Assembly: GCA_964016885.1 (NCBI GenBank)
Contig: OZ024740.1
Span: 37,076,001-37,140,000 of the forward strand
DNA length: 64,000 nt
DNA from: Eledone cirrhosa
Lineage: Eukaryota
Reading direction: 5' to 3'
Part shown: positions 12,451 through 25,592 of the stretch, one piece after another
Layout of the letters: the number at the start of each line of letters is the position of its first letter
How positions within the stretch are numbered: position 1 is the stretch's first letter
Program-made: the position numbers and the translations under genes
Notes under the pieces: generated by a model
The model's database searches: none
What the model was told of the DNA's origin: nothing
The model's input: the letters and a program-made list of their open reading frames with translations, nothing else

Positions 12451-13702
12451 CTAATACAACATCCTTGGCTGAAACAATTAATAATTATAGAAAAAAGAAT
12501 ATCGATTACAACCTGCCCTGGAGCGTGCTCAAAAGGGCCACCCCTTATCAAAATAGCAGATACGAGTGTAGGTTATGCTCCCAAGAACTTTTTGAAATCA
12601 TGAAATCTAAGGATGTCCTATTAAATAAGCGACATGAATTAATTATATCATGCAATCATAGAATTTGAAGAACCTTCAAATATTATAAACCTAATTAATA
12701 TACACCTTACTCTTATATTTTACAAATTATTATAATTGTTTTTTTTAATTTAGTTAACCTATAATTAGTATTTTACTACAGAGAACTTCATAATTTTATT
12801 TCCCTCTTACAGATCTCTTTTCCTAAAATTAATACCTATTATTTAATTTAATTTCCTGTTATGTATCTAGATTCCTTGTAGTTTAAATAAGATTGGTATT
12901 CCTCACTACTACCCTTATCCCAAAATTTTACTTTCCTTCGTTTTTAACAACAATCTTTAATAACATCTATTTCTTATTTATCACATTCATATGAATTAAT
13001 ATAACTTTACCCCTATAAGTATACCTATCAATTAATTTAATTTCTTGTTATAGATCTAGATTCCTTGTGGTTTAAATAAGATTGGTATTTCTCACTAATA
13101 CCCTTACCCTAAAATTTTATTTTCCTTCGTTTTTAACATTATTCTTTAATAACATCAAATTTTCGTGTACCTTTCACAATCTTCTTGACTTGACCTCTTT
13201 TCATCCCCAACGTATTCTTTTCATTCAAAACATAAGTCTACACTCTTCTACCCCTAAATTAAATTTCTACTACTGCTATTCAATCAACTTGACCTCTAAC
13301 TACTTTTCTATTGGTCAATTCAAAACCTGTTCCCAAACAGACCTTTTATATTAAATCTTTGTTGGTTTATTTCAATAAATACATCTCATCATTTCTGAGG
13401 ACGGCTTGTATATGTGAAGGTATGTATATTTCCTCTGATAATTTGTAATATGTTTACATAGATCTATGTAATATATCAACACACATATACATCCTAGAAA
13501 CGATCGTAAAATGAGGAATTTTTAATATAAGGAACTTGTTCTTTGTTTTTATTTCATTGTTTTTATTAATTTATTTTGTTCTGTTTTCCTATGATTTTTA
13601 TCGAAAATTTTTGAATGCATCTTCTCTTTCCATGATATTTGGATTATATTGAGTTCTTCACACGGATTGGACACTACCGTATATTTTGGTAGATTTATCT
13701 AC
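12447..13702 (+). mobile_element. 5'-truncated Penelope-like element between (TA)n tracts
   Basis: GIY-YIG C-terminal remnant WSVLKRATPY..CRLCSQE..LLNKRHELIISCNH (12447-12668), AT-rich 3' UTR with a ~190 bp tandem duplication, and a hammerhead near the 3' end. Confidence 0.8.
13389..13514 (+). ncRNA. type I hammerhead ribozyme with enlarged stem II
   Basis: TCATTT CTGAGGA [TGTATATGTG ... CACATATACA] GAAAC GATC GTA AAATGA; predicted cleavage after 13508. Confidence 0.7.
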
Positions 13703-13797
13703 ATATATATATATATAATTACATAATAAACAACACAATATTGTTGTTTATTATGTAATTAAATAGCTCTGTACAATACATAGAGCACTCTTCTTAA

Positions 13798-13805
<8 letters not shown>

Positions 13806-13861
<56 letters not shown>
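13806..13861. repeat. (GA)n microsatellite
   Basis: Direct reading. Confidence 0.97.
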
Positions 13862-13866
<5 letters not shown>

Positions 13867-13999
13867 ATTGGAAATAGCGCGGAAAATATATTTAAGGGTC
13901 TGTTTTTCTTTTTTTTTCCCCTTTCTTTGAATCGTCAAAGTGACATTATTAAAAAAGTGAGAGGGACAATTCTTTAAAAAAGAGTTTTATAATATATAA

Positions 14000-14048
14000 A
14001 GTATTACCGGTTTCGATGTATTAGTAAAATTCATCTTATCAGATGTTG
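14000..14048 (-). ncRNA. degenerate minimal hammerhead motif
   Basis: Minus: CTGATAA GATGAATT TTACT AATACATC GAAAC CG GTA. Palindromic ACCGGT stem III, G8A core change, weak stem I. Confidence 0.45.
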
Positions 14049-14640
14049 AGTATTACCATTAAAATGAATTCATAAGAATTAAAAACTAAAAATTAAAGAT
14101 TTTAAATTAAGTGTTGAGGCAGGTTTTTTTCATCTTTTTTGTTGAGAAGGAGACTGGAAAAATGAACCCTTATAGAGAGAGAGATGTAGTCATGGTAGTA
14201 GCAGCAGTGCAAGTCACGTGGCTCAGTCCAACCTAACTATAAATAGCTACAATTAGTTGAGTATATCGCATAAGCAGCGAAGACACTAATAAATACCCGA
14301 TTATGTTATAAGATTGTTCTTGAATTTAAGTTGTTCAGATGTGGATAATGGAAAACAACTGCAATTTATTCTCCTCTAAGTCTAAGGAATCGTGAGACCG
14401 ACAGCATCGATCATCTTCGATCTCTCCATCATACATTCAGCAACAGAAACAATAATAAAACAAAGATAGAAAATGATTTTAGCTGTACCTTCCATATGAA
14501 AATTGTACATATACTGTAAATGTACAAGTACTTATCTTTCAGATCTCAGCGTAAAATCAATATAATTGCACTTTCATCATAATAAACGTTGGAACATTAG
14601 AATTCTCAAAGCAGATTATTTTTAACATTTTTAATTCCAG

Positions 14641-14765
14641 AGTTAGAATGCTTTGTGGTATTTGTTTCGACTCTCTGTACTTTGAGAACAAATCCCGCCG
14701 ACGAGGTCACCTTTGCCTTTCATCCTTTCGAGGTCGATAAAAAAAATACCAGTCCAGTACTAAGG
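14641..14765 (+). mobile_element. SINE fragment (same family, diverged)
   Basis: Core CTTTGCCTTTCATCCTTTCGAGGTCGATAAAA..TACCAG. Confidence 0.75.
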
Positions 14766-15431
14766 CCAATTCTTCCTCTATATCTCTTTCTCAATTCCTC
14801 TTTACCCCCCCCCCTCTCTCTTTCTCTCTCTCTCTATCTATCTATCTATTTATCTATCTATATTTCTCTGGGAAAAAATCGGCTGTGTTCAGACCAGGAG
14901 AGGAGACGGGTCCTGTCAGTTTTCTTTTTTTTAATGCCCAATACACGCCGTATGTCACTACTGCGTCCTTACGACTTCATCAGGCGTTACGGTTTAAAAG
15001 AGGAAACAAGAGAATCATTAATTACATTCATACATAGTCACACGTTACGTTTAAGCTTTTCTCAAGAGAATTTGCAACATCGACTACAATCTCACAAACT
15101 CCTGTATTTAAAGATTTTACATGTGGGAATTTGTGACATTCACTATTACCCTATGGAATTAGTGTGATCAGTGAAATGAATTAGCTTTAACTGAAGATCG
15201 AAATTTCATCGGTTTTGGTTCAGGTGGAGCAGAGGTTCTCAACGTGGGCGGCGGGGGGGGGGGGGGTCAGGGAGTGCTAGGGCCTAAGTGGGGGGGGGGG
15301 TTGAATTTATTATTTATATTATTATAGTATTGTATATAGATGATATAATAATATATTAAATATCAAATGATACATATTATATATAAATATAGTAAAATAA
15401 AAAATATATAATATTTCTTTATACATAGTAT

Positions 15432-15707
15432 ACTAGACCTGAAAGATGCGCATGCTCAAAAGAGCCACAGAATGTTATAATAAACCTTCAAAAGTGTGGG
15501 ACTAGAGTTGTTGCTCAAAAATATTGTAATCATTATCTATCGTACACTCTAGATGTATTTATTGTGATATTTTTATAAAGAATGCCACGGAATGTACGAT
15601 AGATAATGATTACAATATTTTTGAGCAACAGCCCTAGTCCCACACTTTTGAAGGTTTATTATAACATTCTGTTGCTCTTTTGAGCTTGCGCATTTTTCAG
15701 GTCTAGT
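15432..15707. repeat. inverted repeat, ~115 bp arms
   Basis: 15432-15546 is an imperfect reverse complement of 15593-15707. Confidence 0.88.
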
Positions 15708-16547
15708 TTAATATTTTTTTAAGGCAACGCTTGAAATAACTCTAGTTAAACATGATATATATTAATAATAAATTATCGTTGTAATGCAATTAGATTATAT
15801 AATTGTTATTTTATAAATGATCTTATAAATATTATTGTAAGATGTATAAAAATATTTTCAGACTTTTAATATAAACAACTACAAAAAACAATCAATATTA
15901 AATAAATATATTTTACATAATAATTGTTATAGTTGAATTAATAAAAATTAAATATTACATACAAATAGTCTAACATAATAATAAAAAAAATAATCTAACA
16001 TAATAATAATAAAATAATCTAACATAAAACGAACAATAATATGTACAAATATACAAGTAAATATGATACAACCAATATTATAAGCATGTTATAACGAACT
16101 GAAAAAAAATAGTTAATATAAATTTAAAAAATCATATATAAATTAACAATATAAGTATGTATCAGCCGTACTAAGAGTGAGAAATGAAATTTCGTTTCAT
16201 TCTTTTCCATTTAAATTAACAATATAACTTACTAAAACGAGAAAAATATTTTGACGAAATACAGGAGGAAGATTCGAAAGCGAAACGATAAATAAACGTG
16301 CAATCAAAATGGCGGATACTTTTGAGTAACAATTACTCTCGTTGGTTGATTAGCCAATAAGACGATGAAATTAGCCAATAAGACGATACATTACAAAACA
16401 TGTTTGGCGATCACCACGGCCAGCGACACCTCTTGAATTTTTTATTCACAAGCTACGCATATATGTCAGACACGCAGACTTAAAACATTCTGTTGTTAGT
16501 CACTGCGTGTCTAACATATATTATGTTATTTATTATATATAAATTAA

Positions 16548-16770
16548 CAGGGCGGTGGATTGATTGGCAGTATCGGTAGAGGGTCAGATGCCATGCTTTG
16601 CAGCATAGAGTTACGGCCCTTTATGATCTGAGTTCAAATCCGGCCGAGGTTAACTTTGCCTTTCATCCTTACGGGGTCGATAAAATAAAGTACCAGTCAC
16701 ACACTGGGGTCGATATAATCGACTTTCCCCTCCCCCAAAATTGCTGGCCTTGTGCCTATATAAGAAACCA
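16548..16770 (+). mobile_element. full-length tRNA-derived SINE (Meta-domain-like core)
   Basis: A-box-like TGGCAGTATCGG, B box GAGTTCAAATCC, core, tail CCTTGTGCCTATATAAGAAACCATT; TSD TTATATATAAATTAA. Confidence 0.88.
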
Positions 16771-17479
16771 TTATATATAAATTAATGATTTTATTTATTA
16801 TATATTATTTACAGTTTGCGTGCAGGCAGGTCTCTCTAGAAATAGGGTTGGGGTGTTGGGGGTATTACGTGACCGTGAAGCGGCGGTGGCCCCAAAAGTT
16901 TGAGAACCTCTGGGCTAGAGAGTTGTCATGTTATAAGGCTAGACAAGCCAGGTCACAATGTCTTTCTCAGATCTGTTTTTGTTTTGGTTTTCTTCTGGAT
17001 GCCCTTCCTAACACCAACCACATTATAGAGTATTACTTGGCTATGGGGCGGCGGTGGCCCCAAAAGTTTGAGAAAACTCTGACTTAGAGCTTACCTCTTG
17101 TTTCATCAACATTAATAGATTTCTCGAAAAGGTAACGTGGCGAGACATTTTCAGAAGTTTTACTTTCCAGAGTTACTTCACACTTACGCTGGCAATTATT
17201 TTATGTGAAAAGTCAGTTGAAGTGATTGCTGGGTTTTAAGTGGTTAGATTTACAATTACTTCCGGACGACTGAACCCATTGCTTTAATAAAGATATTAAG
17301 CAGATATGTTTGAGAGAATTTTAAAGGATCAATTCTGAAATGTGTAAAACATTGGTATCAGAAAGGAAATATCTTATTAGTTTCGAAACATGAAACGCGT
17401 TATTTATTCAGAACATCTACAGGCTCATGCATCCATAAGTATGATATCACATTAGCTGGATTCACAACACCTACAATGT

Positions 17480-17790
17480 AAAGAGTAAAGGCCCCGCTTC
17501 GGTCACGAAGGACCATGGGATATACATCTAGAAAGTTTCCCCCCCCCCCCCCCGCCCGAAACACATGTCCGAGCAAGGTGTTTTTGTGGAAAACTAGAAG
17601 TCACCAATGCATACTAGTCTCCCCTCTTCACGCCACCGATGTTGTCAAAGGAAAAAACAAAGGCTGATAGTGAGTGAACTGGAGTAACATGAAATAAAGT
17701 GTCTTGCTGAAGGACACAACACCTCGTCTGGTCCAGGAATCGAACTCACAACCTTATGTTTGTGAATCCAACTCTCAAACCACTCGAGGT
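17480..17790 (-). mobile_element. second tRNA-derived SINE family (V/CORE-like domain)
   Basis: Minus: GAGTTCGATTCC B box followed by GTTGTGTCCTTCAGCAAGACACTT. Boundaries approximate. Confidence 0.6.
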
Positions 17791-18249
17791 ATAGTTTGAT
17801 AATCACAATAGCTTCAATTTCTTTCCATTTTAAAGTCATGTAATCATACAATCCACTCAATTTTCTGGATCTCCCTTGTAGAATTCCCAGATCATCCCTT
17901 TTCCTTAGGTTTTCTATCAATTTAAATTCGAAATATTTTTGGCTTATACAGCAACTTGATTTTCTTGCTTTTGATGAATTTCTTGAATATTCCTGCAACA
18001 CGCTTCCAGCCCCTGCCATGTTGAAAATCTACAACCGACCCAACAACCCTTAGTATATGGAAGCGTAGTGTTTACCAAGATCTCCAAAAAGGTTGTGTTA
18101 TTGATAATGTGTATGATAACGTATATTATCTTGTGTATGGAAATTACCACTTTTCCAATCATATAAACCATGACATTAGCACCACCATCCTTAGTTATTG
18201 AAATAGAGAAGTTGCTTTGGAATACGATCATCAGACATCCGGACAACAT

Positions 18250-20075
18250 GACCGCACCACCTCAACCAATGCCGAAAGATCATGCTCTCTATAGTTATGA
18301 ACCTGCTTCGTTCGAGAACTTCCAAATCACTGACGAACATTTTCCATTGCACCCAAGTATCTTACGAAGAGGTTGTTGGTGAAACCTCTCCAGTTCCTTG
18401 GGGAGCTTTCTGTATGTGACCCACGTTTCACAAGCATAAAGCAAAGAGGAGACGACACAAGTCAGATACACTTTTACCTTGGTTTCAATGGTGATACCTC
18501 GTCTGGACCATAAACGTTTATGCAGCCGTCCAAAAGCATCAATGACTTTCTTGATTCTTAAGGATATCTCATCATCAAGTGTGCATGAATTGTTCAACGT
18601 ACTACGAAGGTAAACAAACTTGTCAGCAACTTTTAGCCTCTTTCCGTACACGTACACACTTGGTGTAGTGTATTCTTTCCCAGGTGCTGACTGATACATC
18701 ACAACAGTCTTTTCCAAGCTTATTGTGAGAGCCAAAGTGATGCAAGCTTCAGAAAAAGAGTTCATATTATGCTGCATGTCACTTTGTGGGTGTGCAAAAA
18801 GATTGCAGTCATCTGCATACAAAAACTCTCGGATTGTTAATACCTTCGTGCTTGCACCAAAGCTCTTGATGTTGAACAACCTTCCTGAAGGGCGATACCT
18901 GATGTAAACTCCATGCAAACAATTTTTCATGAATGCCATGAGAAACACTGTCGTGAAATATAAGGAAAACAGTGTTGGTGCCGAAATGTCCCCCTGTTTC
19001 ACTCCATTTTCAATTGATATTGGTTCAGAGATGCTACCACCAATACTGACCCTAGCCTTCATGTCATCATGAAAAAGACGCATAATCTTCACAAACTTTG
19101 GAGGGCAGTCAAGCTTTACCAAAATTTTCCACAACGCAGTTCGATTGACAGTGTCAAAGGCCTTTGTCAAGTCAACAAGGACCTGGTAAAGGTCCATACA
19201 TTATTCGTTACAATTTTCTCGCAACTACAGAGCAGAAAAGATCATATCCACTGTTCCTCTTTCGTTTCTGACTCCGCACTGCGACTCAGACAACACATTC
19301 AGAGCAACCTTTAAGATCAATCTATCCATCAAAATTCGACACGTGACTTTATCAACTACTCAAAGAAGTGATATGCCACGATAATTGCCACATCTGTCTT
19401 TCCCACCCTTTCTTTTATGGAGAATATCCATGAGTGCATCCTTCAAATCTTGTGGGACATTCTCATCTTCCCACACTTTTTTCATGGGGTCAGTCAGGCG
19501 CTGGGTTAAGTTTTCACCACCGCACTTCAAAACCTCTGCACTCGGACCATTCATATCAGGAGGCTTGCCACAGTCCAGCTTATGTACAGCAGAGGTCACC
19601 TCTGCAAGAGAAGGTACATCAGCCATCTCGCTTCACTGGTTTAATAGGAATGGAGCAAATGAAATCATCATCAACCTGGGATGGCTGGTTCAAGAGCTCA
19701 TCAAAGTGATCTCTCCATCTGTCGAATATGTATTTTGGATCACGCAGTAACTGCTTGACATCTTTTGATCTCAAATGTGTCGTGGTGAGCTGAAAGGACC
19801 ATACACATCTCAGAGTAGAGAGTGCAGCAGTTTCACATTGTTGCCAACATATGCAGCTTGAACTTCATCTGCTTTGTTGCTTCACCAGGTATAGTGCATG
19901 GCCCTGAGTTTCACCTGCACCTCCTTCTTTACCTGTCTGTAATGCTCATAATTGTCAACTACATCGAGTGCCTTTTGTTTTCTGTCCAGCAGAGCTTTGA
20001 CCCCCCCCCCAGTCATTCTCATCAAACCAGCCATTGTATTTTCTTGTGACAAAGCCAACGACCTCTGCTGAAGCA
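18250..20075 (-). pseudogene. degenerate RTE-clade LINE (RT region)
   Basis: NYRGISLL (19360-19626); DLTKAFDTV, GVKQGD..PTLF, LYADD, LLYACETW (18295-19197); stops and frameshifts. Confidence 0.9.
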
Positions 20076-20184
20076 TCATAGACACAAGCATATACATACA
20101 TATAAAGATTACCATAAGCTACCAGTTTAGTTGAATGAGTTAATAATTAATTAATTAATCAGAGCGTTATATATATATATATAT

Positions 20185-20341
20185 GTTTACATGGACACAC
20201 TGGAAGAGGAAGACCAAGGTTAACGTATGTTGATGCCTAAGGACAGACACTAGTCTGTTGGAGACGCAGGACATGGCAGCGATAATGAGAGGCAGAGACC
20301 GCTGGAGAGAACTCGTCCATGGATCTCGGGAATTTTACCCG

Positions 20342-20345
<4 letters not shown>
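20185..20345 (+). mobile_element. RTE-like LINE extreme 3' fragment between (TA)n tracts
   Basis: GRGRPRLTYVD..MRGRDRWRELV motif. Confidence 0.55.
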
Positions 20346-20418
<73 letters not shown>

Positions 20419-20451
20419 AGGGTGTTAAAGTTTGCTTGAAGCATTGTGAAA

Positions 20452-20950
20452 TATGTAAAATATGTAGTTTAGAGAGCCACAACAATGCAGATGGGAAATC
20501 TCGAGGTAGGAAGTGAGTGAGAAATAGGAGAAAAGTGAAAAATGAGAGAAACGAAAACAAAACAAAGGTAGAAGGGTTACCGTAGTGGAGATTTAATCCC
20601 AATATTTCGGGCTCACGCCCATCAACGGGGGAAAAGTTCCAAAAGGGGGGGGGGGGTAACAGGCTAAGCCGGAGAAAGTTGTTGTATTGTCGTTAAAACA
20701 TAGGAATGCCGTTATGGGGAAAATTCAAACTTTCTCCGGCTTAGCCTGTTCCCCCCCTTTTGGAACTTTCCCCCCGTTGATGGGCGTGAGCCCGAAATAT
20801 TGGGATTAAATCTCCACTACGGTAACCCTTCTACCTTTGTTTTGTTTTCGTTTCTCTCATTTTTCACTTTTCTCCTATTTCTCACTCACTTCCTACCTCG
20901 AGATTTCCCATCTGCATTGTTGTGGCTTTCTAAACTACATATTTTATATA
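20452..20950. repeat. long inverted repeat, ~225 bp arms
   Basis: 20452-20680 is a near-perfect reverse complement of 20728-20950; ends in (TA)n. Confidence 0.92.
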
Positions 20951-20993
20951 TATATATAAGAAGAAATTAAAAGATGGTTAAAAAAGTTCCATG

Positions 20994-21064
20994 TATTTTA
21001 TTATGCGCATTTCAAAAACAAATATCATCCAGGGACGATATTTGCGTTCTCATCAGATAAAATA
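20994..21064 (-). ncRNA. type I hammerhead ribozyme, apparently intact
   Basis: Minus: TATTTTAT CTGATGA GAACGCAAATATCGTCC CT GGATGATATTTGTTTTT GAA ATGCGCAT A ATAAAATA. 8-bp stem I, long stem II, palindromic stem III, AUA cleavage triplet. Confidence 0.85.
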
Positions 21065-22069
21065 GGGAGACATGATATGAAGCTTTAAAAAGACACTTGT
21101 GAGCAAGGTAGTGTCGAAACAACATATGATAAATAAAATTAAAAGGATATAGGAGATTAGAAAAAGGAAAGGAAGGGGAGAAGGGTAAGGAAGATGAAGA
21201 AAGGAAAAAGAAAAAAGAAGGAAAGGATAACGGAGGAAGATTATAAGAAGGAGGAAGGAGAGAGAAAGAGAAAGAGAGACAAGAGAGAGAGATAAACATT
21301 TAAACTGAGAAACGCTGTCTCACACAGAGAGATGACTGAAAAAAACGGTTGTAAAATTCATAAATAAATTAAATAAATTAATAAGATTTTAAATTTGAAA
21401 GTTAATGAGGTTTATGGATGATGATGCTTATGATTACAGATATAGAAATTAAGTATACTATTTATTTAGGGTTTAAATAGTGAAGGATTTATTAAGAAGT
21501 GCAAAAATTTATTTTAAAAGTATTATTAAGATAAAATTAAGTGAAATAAGATAAGGTGAACGAAAATAAAGTTAGATGATTTATAAGCATAGAAGACGAT
21601 ATAGGGTCCTAGTTTGTTTCAATAGATTGTAATATAAAAGTAATTATTTAAATGTATACAAGCATGGAAAGAGAGAAAAACGAAAGAATACGAGGAAGAA
21701 AAAAACATTACGTCAAAAATTTGTTTACAAAATTCACCTAATGCTAATATTAATAGATTTGAAGTAAAAAAAATTGGGAGTAAAGCTACTAAAAAGTAAT
21801 GTTGAGAAAAAACGATATAAAGATGAACTATTTAAAAGAACAAATTTTGTATCGGCAAGAAGAAATTTGCTATAGTGAATTAAAAGCTTAAAAAATTACA
21901 AAAAATTATTAAAAGAAATTAAAAAATGATACAATTAGGGGACCAAAAATGTTATAGTATGAATGAACTTTTGTAGAATGCACTGAGATATGGTAGAAAA
22001 AAGGATATATGTGTAAAAGAAATATATTTGTGTGAGAAAAAGATTTTAATACTAATTATAGAGAAAGAA

Positions 22070-23260
22070 TTAGCTATATACTTTGTGAAATGATCTAAGC
22101 GATTTGTGAATACAAAGCGAAAATAAATCTGTGCGTATATTTATTATAGAATTAAAATTAGAGATAATGGTGAAATTTTCCGCTAGGCATAAATTACAAG
22201 TTCTGGATAGGGAAGCAGTAAAATAGGGAGAAGATTTGCAAATTTTTCTCCAAGAAATTTTGTAATTAATGTTTTTGTATTTTAAGGACCAGTTGAGTTC
22301 TGAGAGAGCAGTGTTTGTTCTTTTAAGTGGGTATTTAAAAGATAAAGAATGGTTATATAATCTCGCCTTAAAGGAAGTAGAAGTAGATCCAAAGTAGGTA
22401 TAAGAATTGGTGCTAGTTATCACCTTACATTCGTATACTAAATTCTTGTCGAGACAGTAATTATTAAGAGGACATTTAGTTCTATTAAGGCAATTGCATT
22501 TACGATTAATGTTATTAATAGAGTTATTTGCAAGTGGCCCAGAGTTATTTATAGAAGGAGTTGAATTGGAGAAATTACCTACAAGAGGTGCTAATGTTTC
22601 CTGATTTAGATTAGTATTAGGAGCATTCATCGAAATTACGTTTGACGTCGTATTTGTATTTAAGGAGACTTGCCTAGAGTTTACATTGACGTCGGGCCTA
22701 ATGTTGTTATTACTATGACGCTCAGGGTTGGATGGATATGATTTATTATTTAATATTTTAGTATTATGTTTAGAGATAATGTTAGAGATGTTGGAAGTGG
22801 TGGAATAAGAGAATTTAATTGTATGCTTATTAAAGATCTTACTATAAATATGTGAAGGAGGCAAGCAATTAGCTAGCGCCCTAAAAAATAGTTTAGGAAT
22901 ATTACTAATAATAGAAAGAGAAAAAAGAGCGTTGTACCAAATAATATTTTTATATCTAGGTCTTCTCTTTATGCTATTGGAATGTTTATAACTAGCTATG
23001 TTACTATAGGTTCTGCCATGATTGGTTTCATTATTGTATTTAATTCTGTTTGGGTAACCAGCTCTGGAAAGCGCATTATTATAATAATTAGCTTTAGCGT
23101 CAAAGATAAGTTTATTAGAAGATAGATTAGAGATTCTTTTTTCAGCATTTTTGACTATAGAATTCTTAACATTAATAGGGTGGTTTGATTTATAATTAAC
23201 ATAATTCAGATTCTCATTATCTTTATGGTAAGTGTAATATAGGCCGGTGTCAAGCTTAAG
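22070..23260 (-). pseudogene. Penelope-like RT thumb + GIY-YIG endonuclease (5'-truncated ORF)
   Basis: YVNYKSNHP, IIWYN..FS, KIFNKHTIKFSYS, CNC..CPLNNYC, LVYEC..YTYFGST..FKARLYNH, CNLCLAE..CIH. Confidence 0.85.
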
Positions 23261-23699
23261 GGAAGTTATCTAATTTAACGTTGTTCTCAAATTCAATTTT
23301 TAATAAAACCTTATAATAATTTTTTATTGCTTTATGATATGATTAAAGTTAGATTAATGGTTCTATATAAATATATAAACATATAGATTGTTAACATGAT
23401 CTCTTGATGAATATGCATATCGTTTGATTGTGTAGATACATTTATTTTGATTGGGATTCTTGTATTTTTTTAAATATATAGCTTATATGGTTAACAGTTA
23501 TAAGGAACAGTAAACCATTCATGCTTTTATGTATTTATTCTTTTGGAGTATCTTAGTTTTAAGTTTCAGGATGTTTGATTTATATATTTATATTTATTTA
23601 TATATATTTATGGTATATGCATCGCACACGATCCTAGTCGTCAAACGTTTTCCACTTAATTTGATGTAAAACTTCAATTATAATCTTTACTAACAATGA

Positions 23700-24570
23700 T
23701 TGTATTTATTATTTATTATATGTATTTGGATCACTAATATCGTCTTGAGTTCCAAACAGAATACTCTGTATATATTTGGACAAATGTATATATCTAGTTT
23801 AATAATATGCTTCTAGCCACATTTATAAGTACTTTAGATACTTAAGGACATTCTAGTGTTATAATTGTTAAATATCTTCTAAATTATATAACGATTATTA
23901 TTTTTTAATTTAATTAAATTCGGGTTACCTTCAGGTCGATGAAAATCTTAAGTTTTCTCTTTCTCATGTTTGCAGACACTTTAAATATGAAATTATACTA
24001 CAATATAGATCCTTAAAAATTTTCCTGTATTTTTAAATTATATAGCTTAGATGTTTGGTACTTTTAAGATCGCAAACAATTTACTTTTTTTTTTATAATC
24101 TAGTTCTTATCCTTATGATTCATGAAGTTTGCTTTGTATATTTATAGTATATATGTATTACATGATCCTAATATAATAATTGATCTAAAACCTTAATTTT
24201 AACAATATTAACAGTAACTTATTTATTATATTATATTATATTGTGTATAACTGACTAATTTCGTCTTGAACTTTAGACAATATACTATTTGTATATATTT
24301 AGACAAATGCGTATATCTAATTTAATAATACCCTTTTTAAGTCTAATTATAAGGCCTTTAGATACTTTCGGGCATTCTAATTGTTAATTTTAAATTTTTA
24401 AAGTTATAACTGAAATTATTTTCTAAATTATATAATGAGAATTATTATTTTAATATAAAAAATGTTTTTTAATATAATATAAAATAATATAATTTGTGTG
24501 GATGAAAATATTAAGTCTCTTCTTTCTCATGTTTGCAAATACTTTAAATATGATTTTATAAATTAAATAT
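23700..24570. repeat. diverged tandem duplication (~520-560 bp period), very AT-rich
   Basis: 23741-23810 resembles 24263-24330; 23938-23990 resembles 24500-24553. Confidence 0.6.
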
Positions 24571-25304
24571 GATTGTATACTTAATTATTAATATAGATAT
24601 TTATAAATTTTATAGCCTGAAATATTATACCTTTAGATTAATTCATTATTCTGAAATAACATAAATGATTCTAAATTTGACGGTCAGCCGGATACGTTTG
24701 GATATATATAGTGTATATAATTAAATGTTAGTATATTTCTAATTAACTAAGGACTTGAAATTAAACCCTCATATTATTACACCCAGATATATTTAATATT
24801 TAGATTGATGGATACTTCTAGATAATTCAAAAGATTCGAGTTTACTCTTTCACAAAGCTATGCCCAAATGTATATTCATATTTATTTATATAGATATATA
24901 TATTTTTGCGTCATCTAATCACACCCTATTCATCCACGACAATACAAATCTCCCTCCTTATGCTTTATACTATAAACATTTTTCCTCCTTGTCTCTCTAT
25001 CCTTGATCAATTCGCTTTTGTTTTCTATACTTCTAGTAACTATATTTTTTTCCTCATCTGTTTCTCTCTGTCTTTCTTCTTTCTTTCTTCTTTCTTCAAT
25101 AATGTAAATTATTTGAATCTCTAACAGTTATGTAAATTGCTATTATGTATTTTTAAACTTTCTCACACGCACCCTCTGTATTATATGTAAATTTGTTCAT
25201 GTCTCAATCTTAAGGTATATAAATATTGAGTTTTGTCATATCTTATTCACCACCATGACCGAATCTTAACCATCTACTAAGTCAGGGTATGTGATGCATC
25301 GTCT

Positions 25305-25371
25305 TATTTTATCTGATGCGGACGTACTGTTGAAGATAGCTCAGTACCTCTGAAATATCTATAATAAAATA
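25305..25371 (+). ncRNA. type I hammerhead motif with one core change
   Basis: TATTTTAT CTGATGC GGACGTACTG TTGAAGATAGCT CAGTACCTCT GAAA TATCTA TA ATAAAATA. Same stem I as 20994-21064; A9C change; ~45 nt upstream of (TA)n. Confidence 0.6.
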
Positions 25372-25415
25372 TACTTCATCACACGAATGTCTATTTTTGT
25401 TAATATTTTGAATTA

Positions 25416-25538
<123 letters not shown>

Positions 25539-25592
25539 CGTTTCTGAATTTGTTTAGCAAGGTTCTTTATCTGAAAACGTGTGTTGAAACCG

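Larger units (their letters stand above)
15230..16912. mobile_element. non-autonomous hAT (Charlie-like) DNA transposon
   Basis: TIRs CAGAGGTTCTCAA / TTGAGAACCTCTG; imperfect 8-bp flanks AGGTGGAG / GGCTAGAG; a second right end at ~17045-17081. Confidence 0.6.
20959..23265 (-). mobile_element. 5'-truncated Penelope-like element ending at (TA)n
   Basis: RT thumb, linker, GIY-YIG domain, ~1.1 kb 3' UTR and a terminal hammerhead. Confidence 0.85.

Noticed and set aside
14950-14992. Minus-strand CTGATGA followed by a small GTC/GAC hairpin
   Set aside because: GCAG replaces GAAA and there is no valid stem III; not called a hammerhead.
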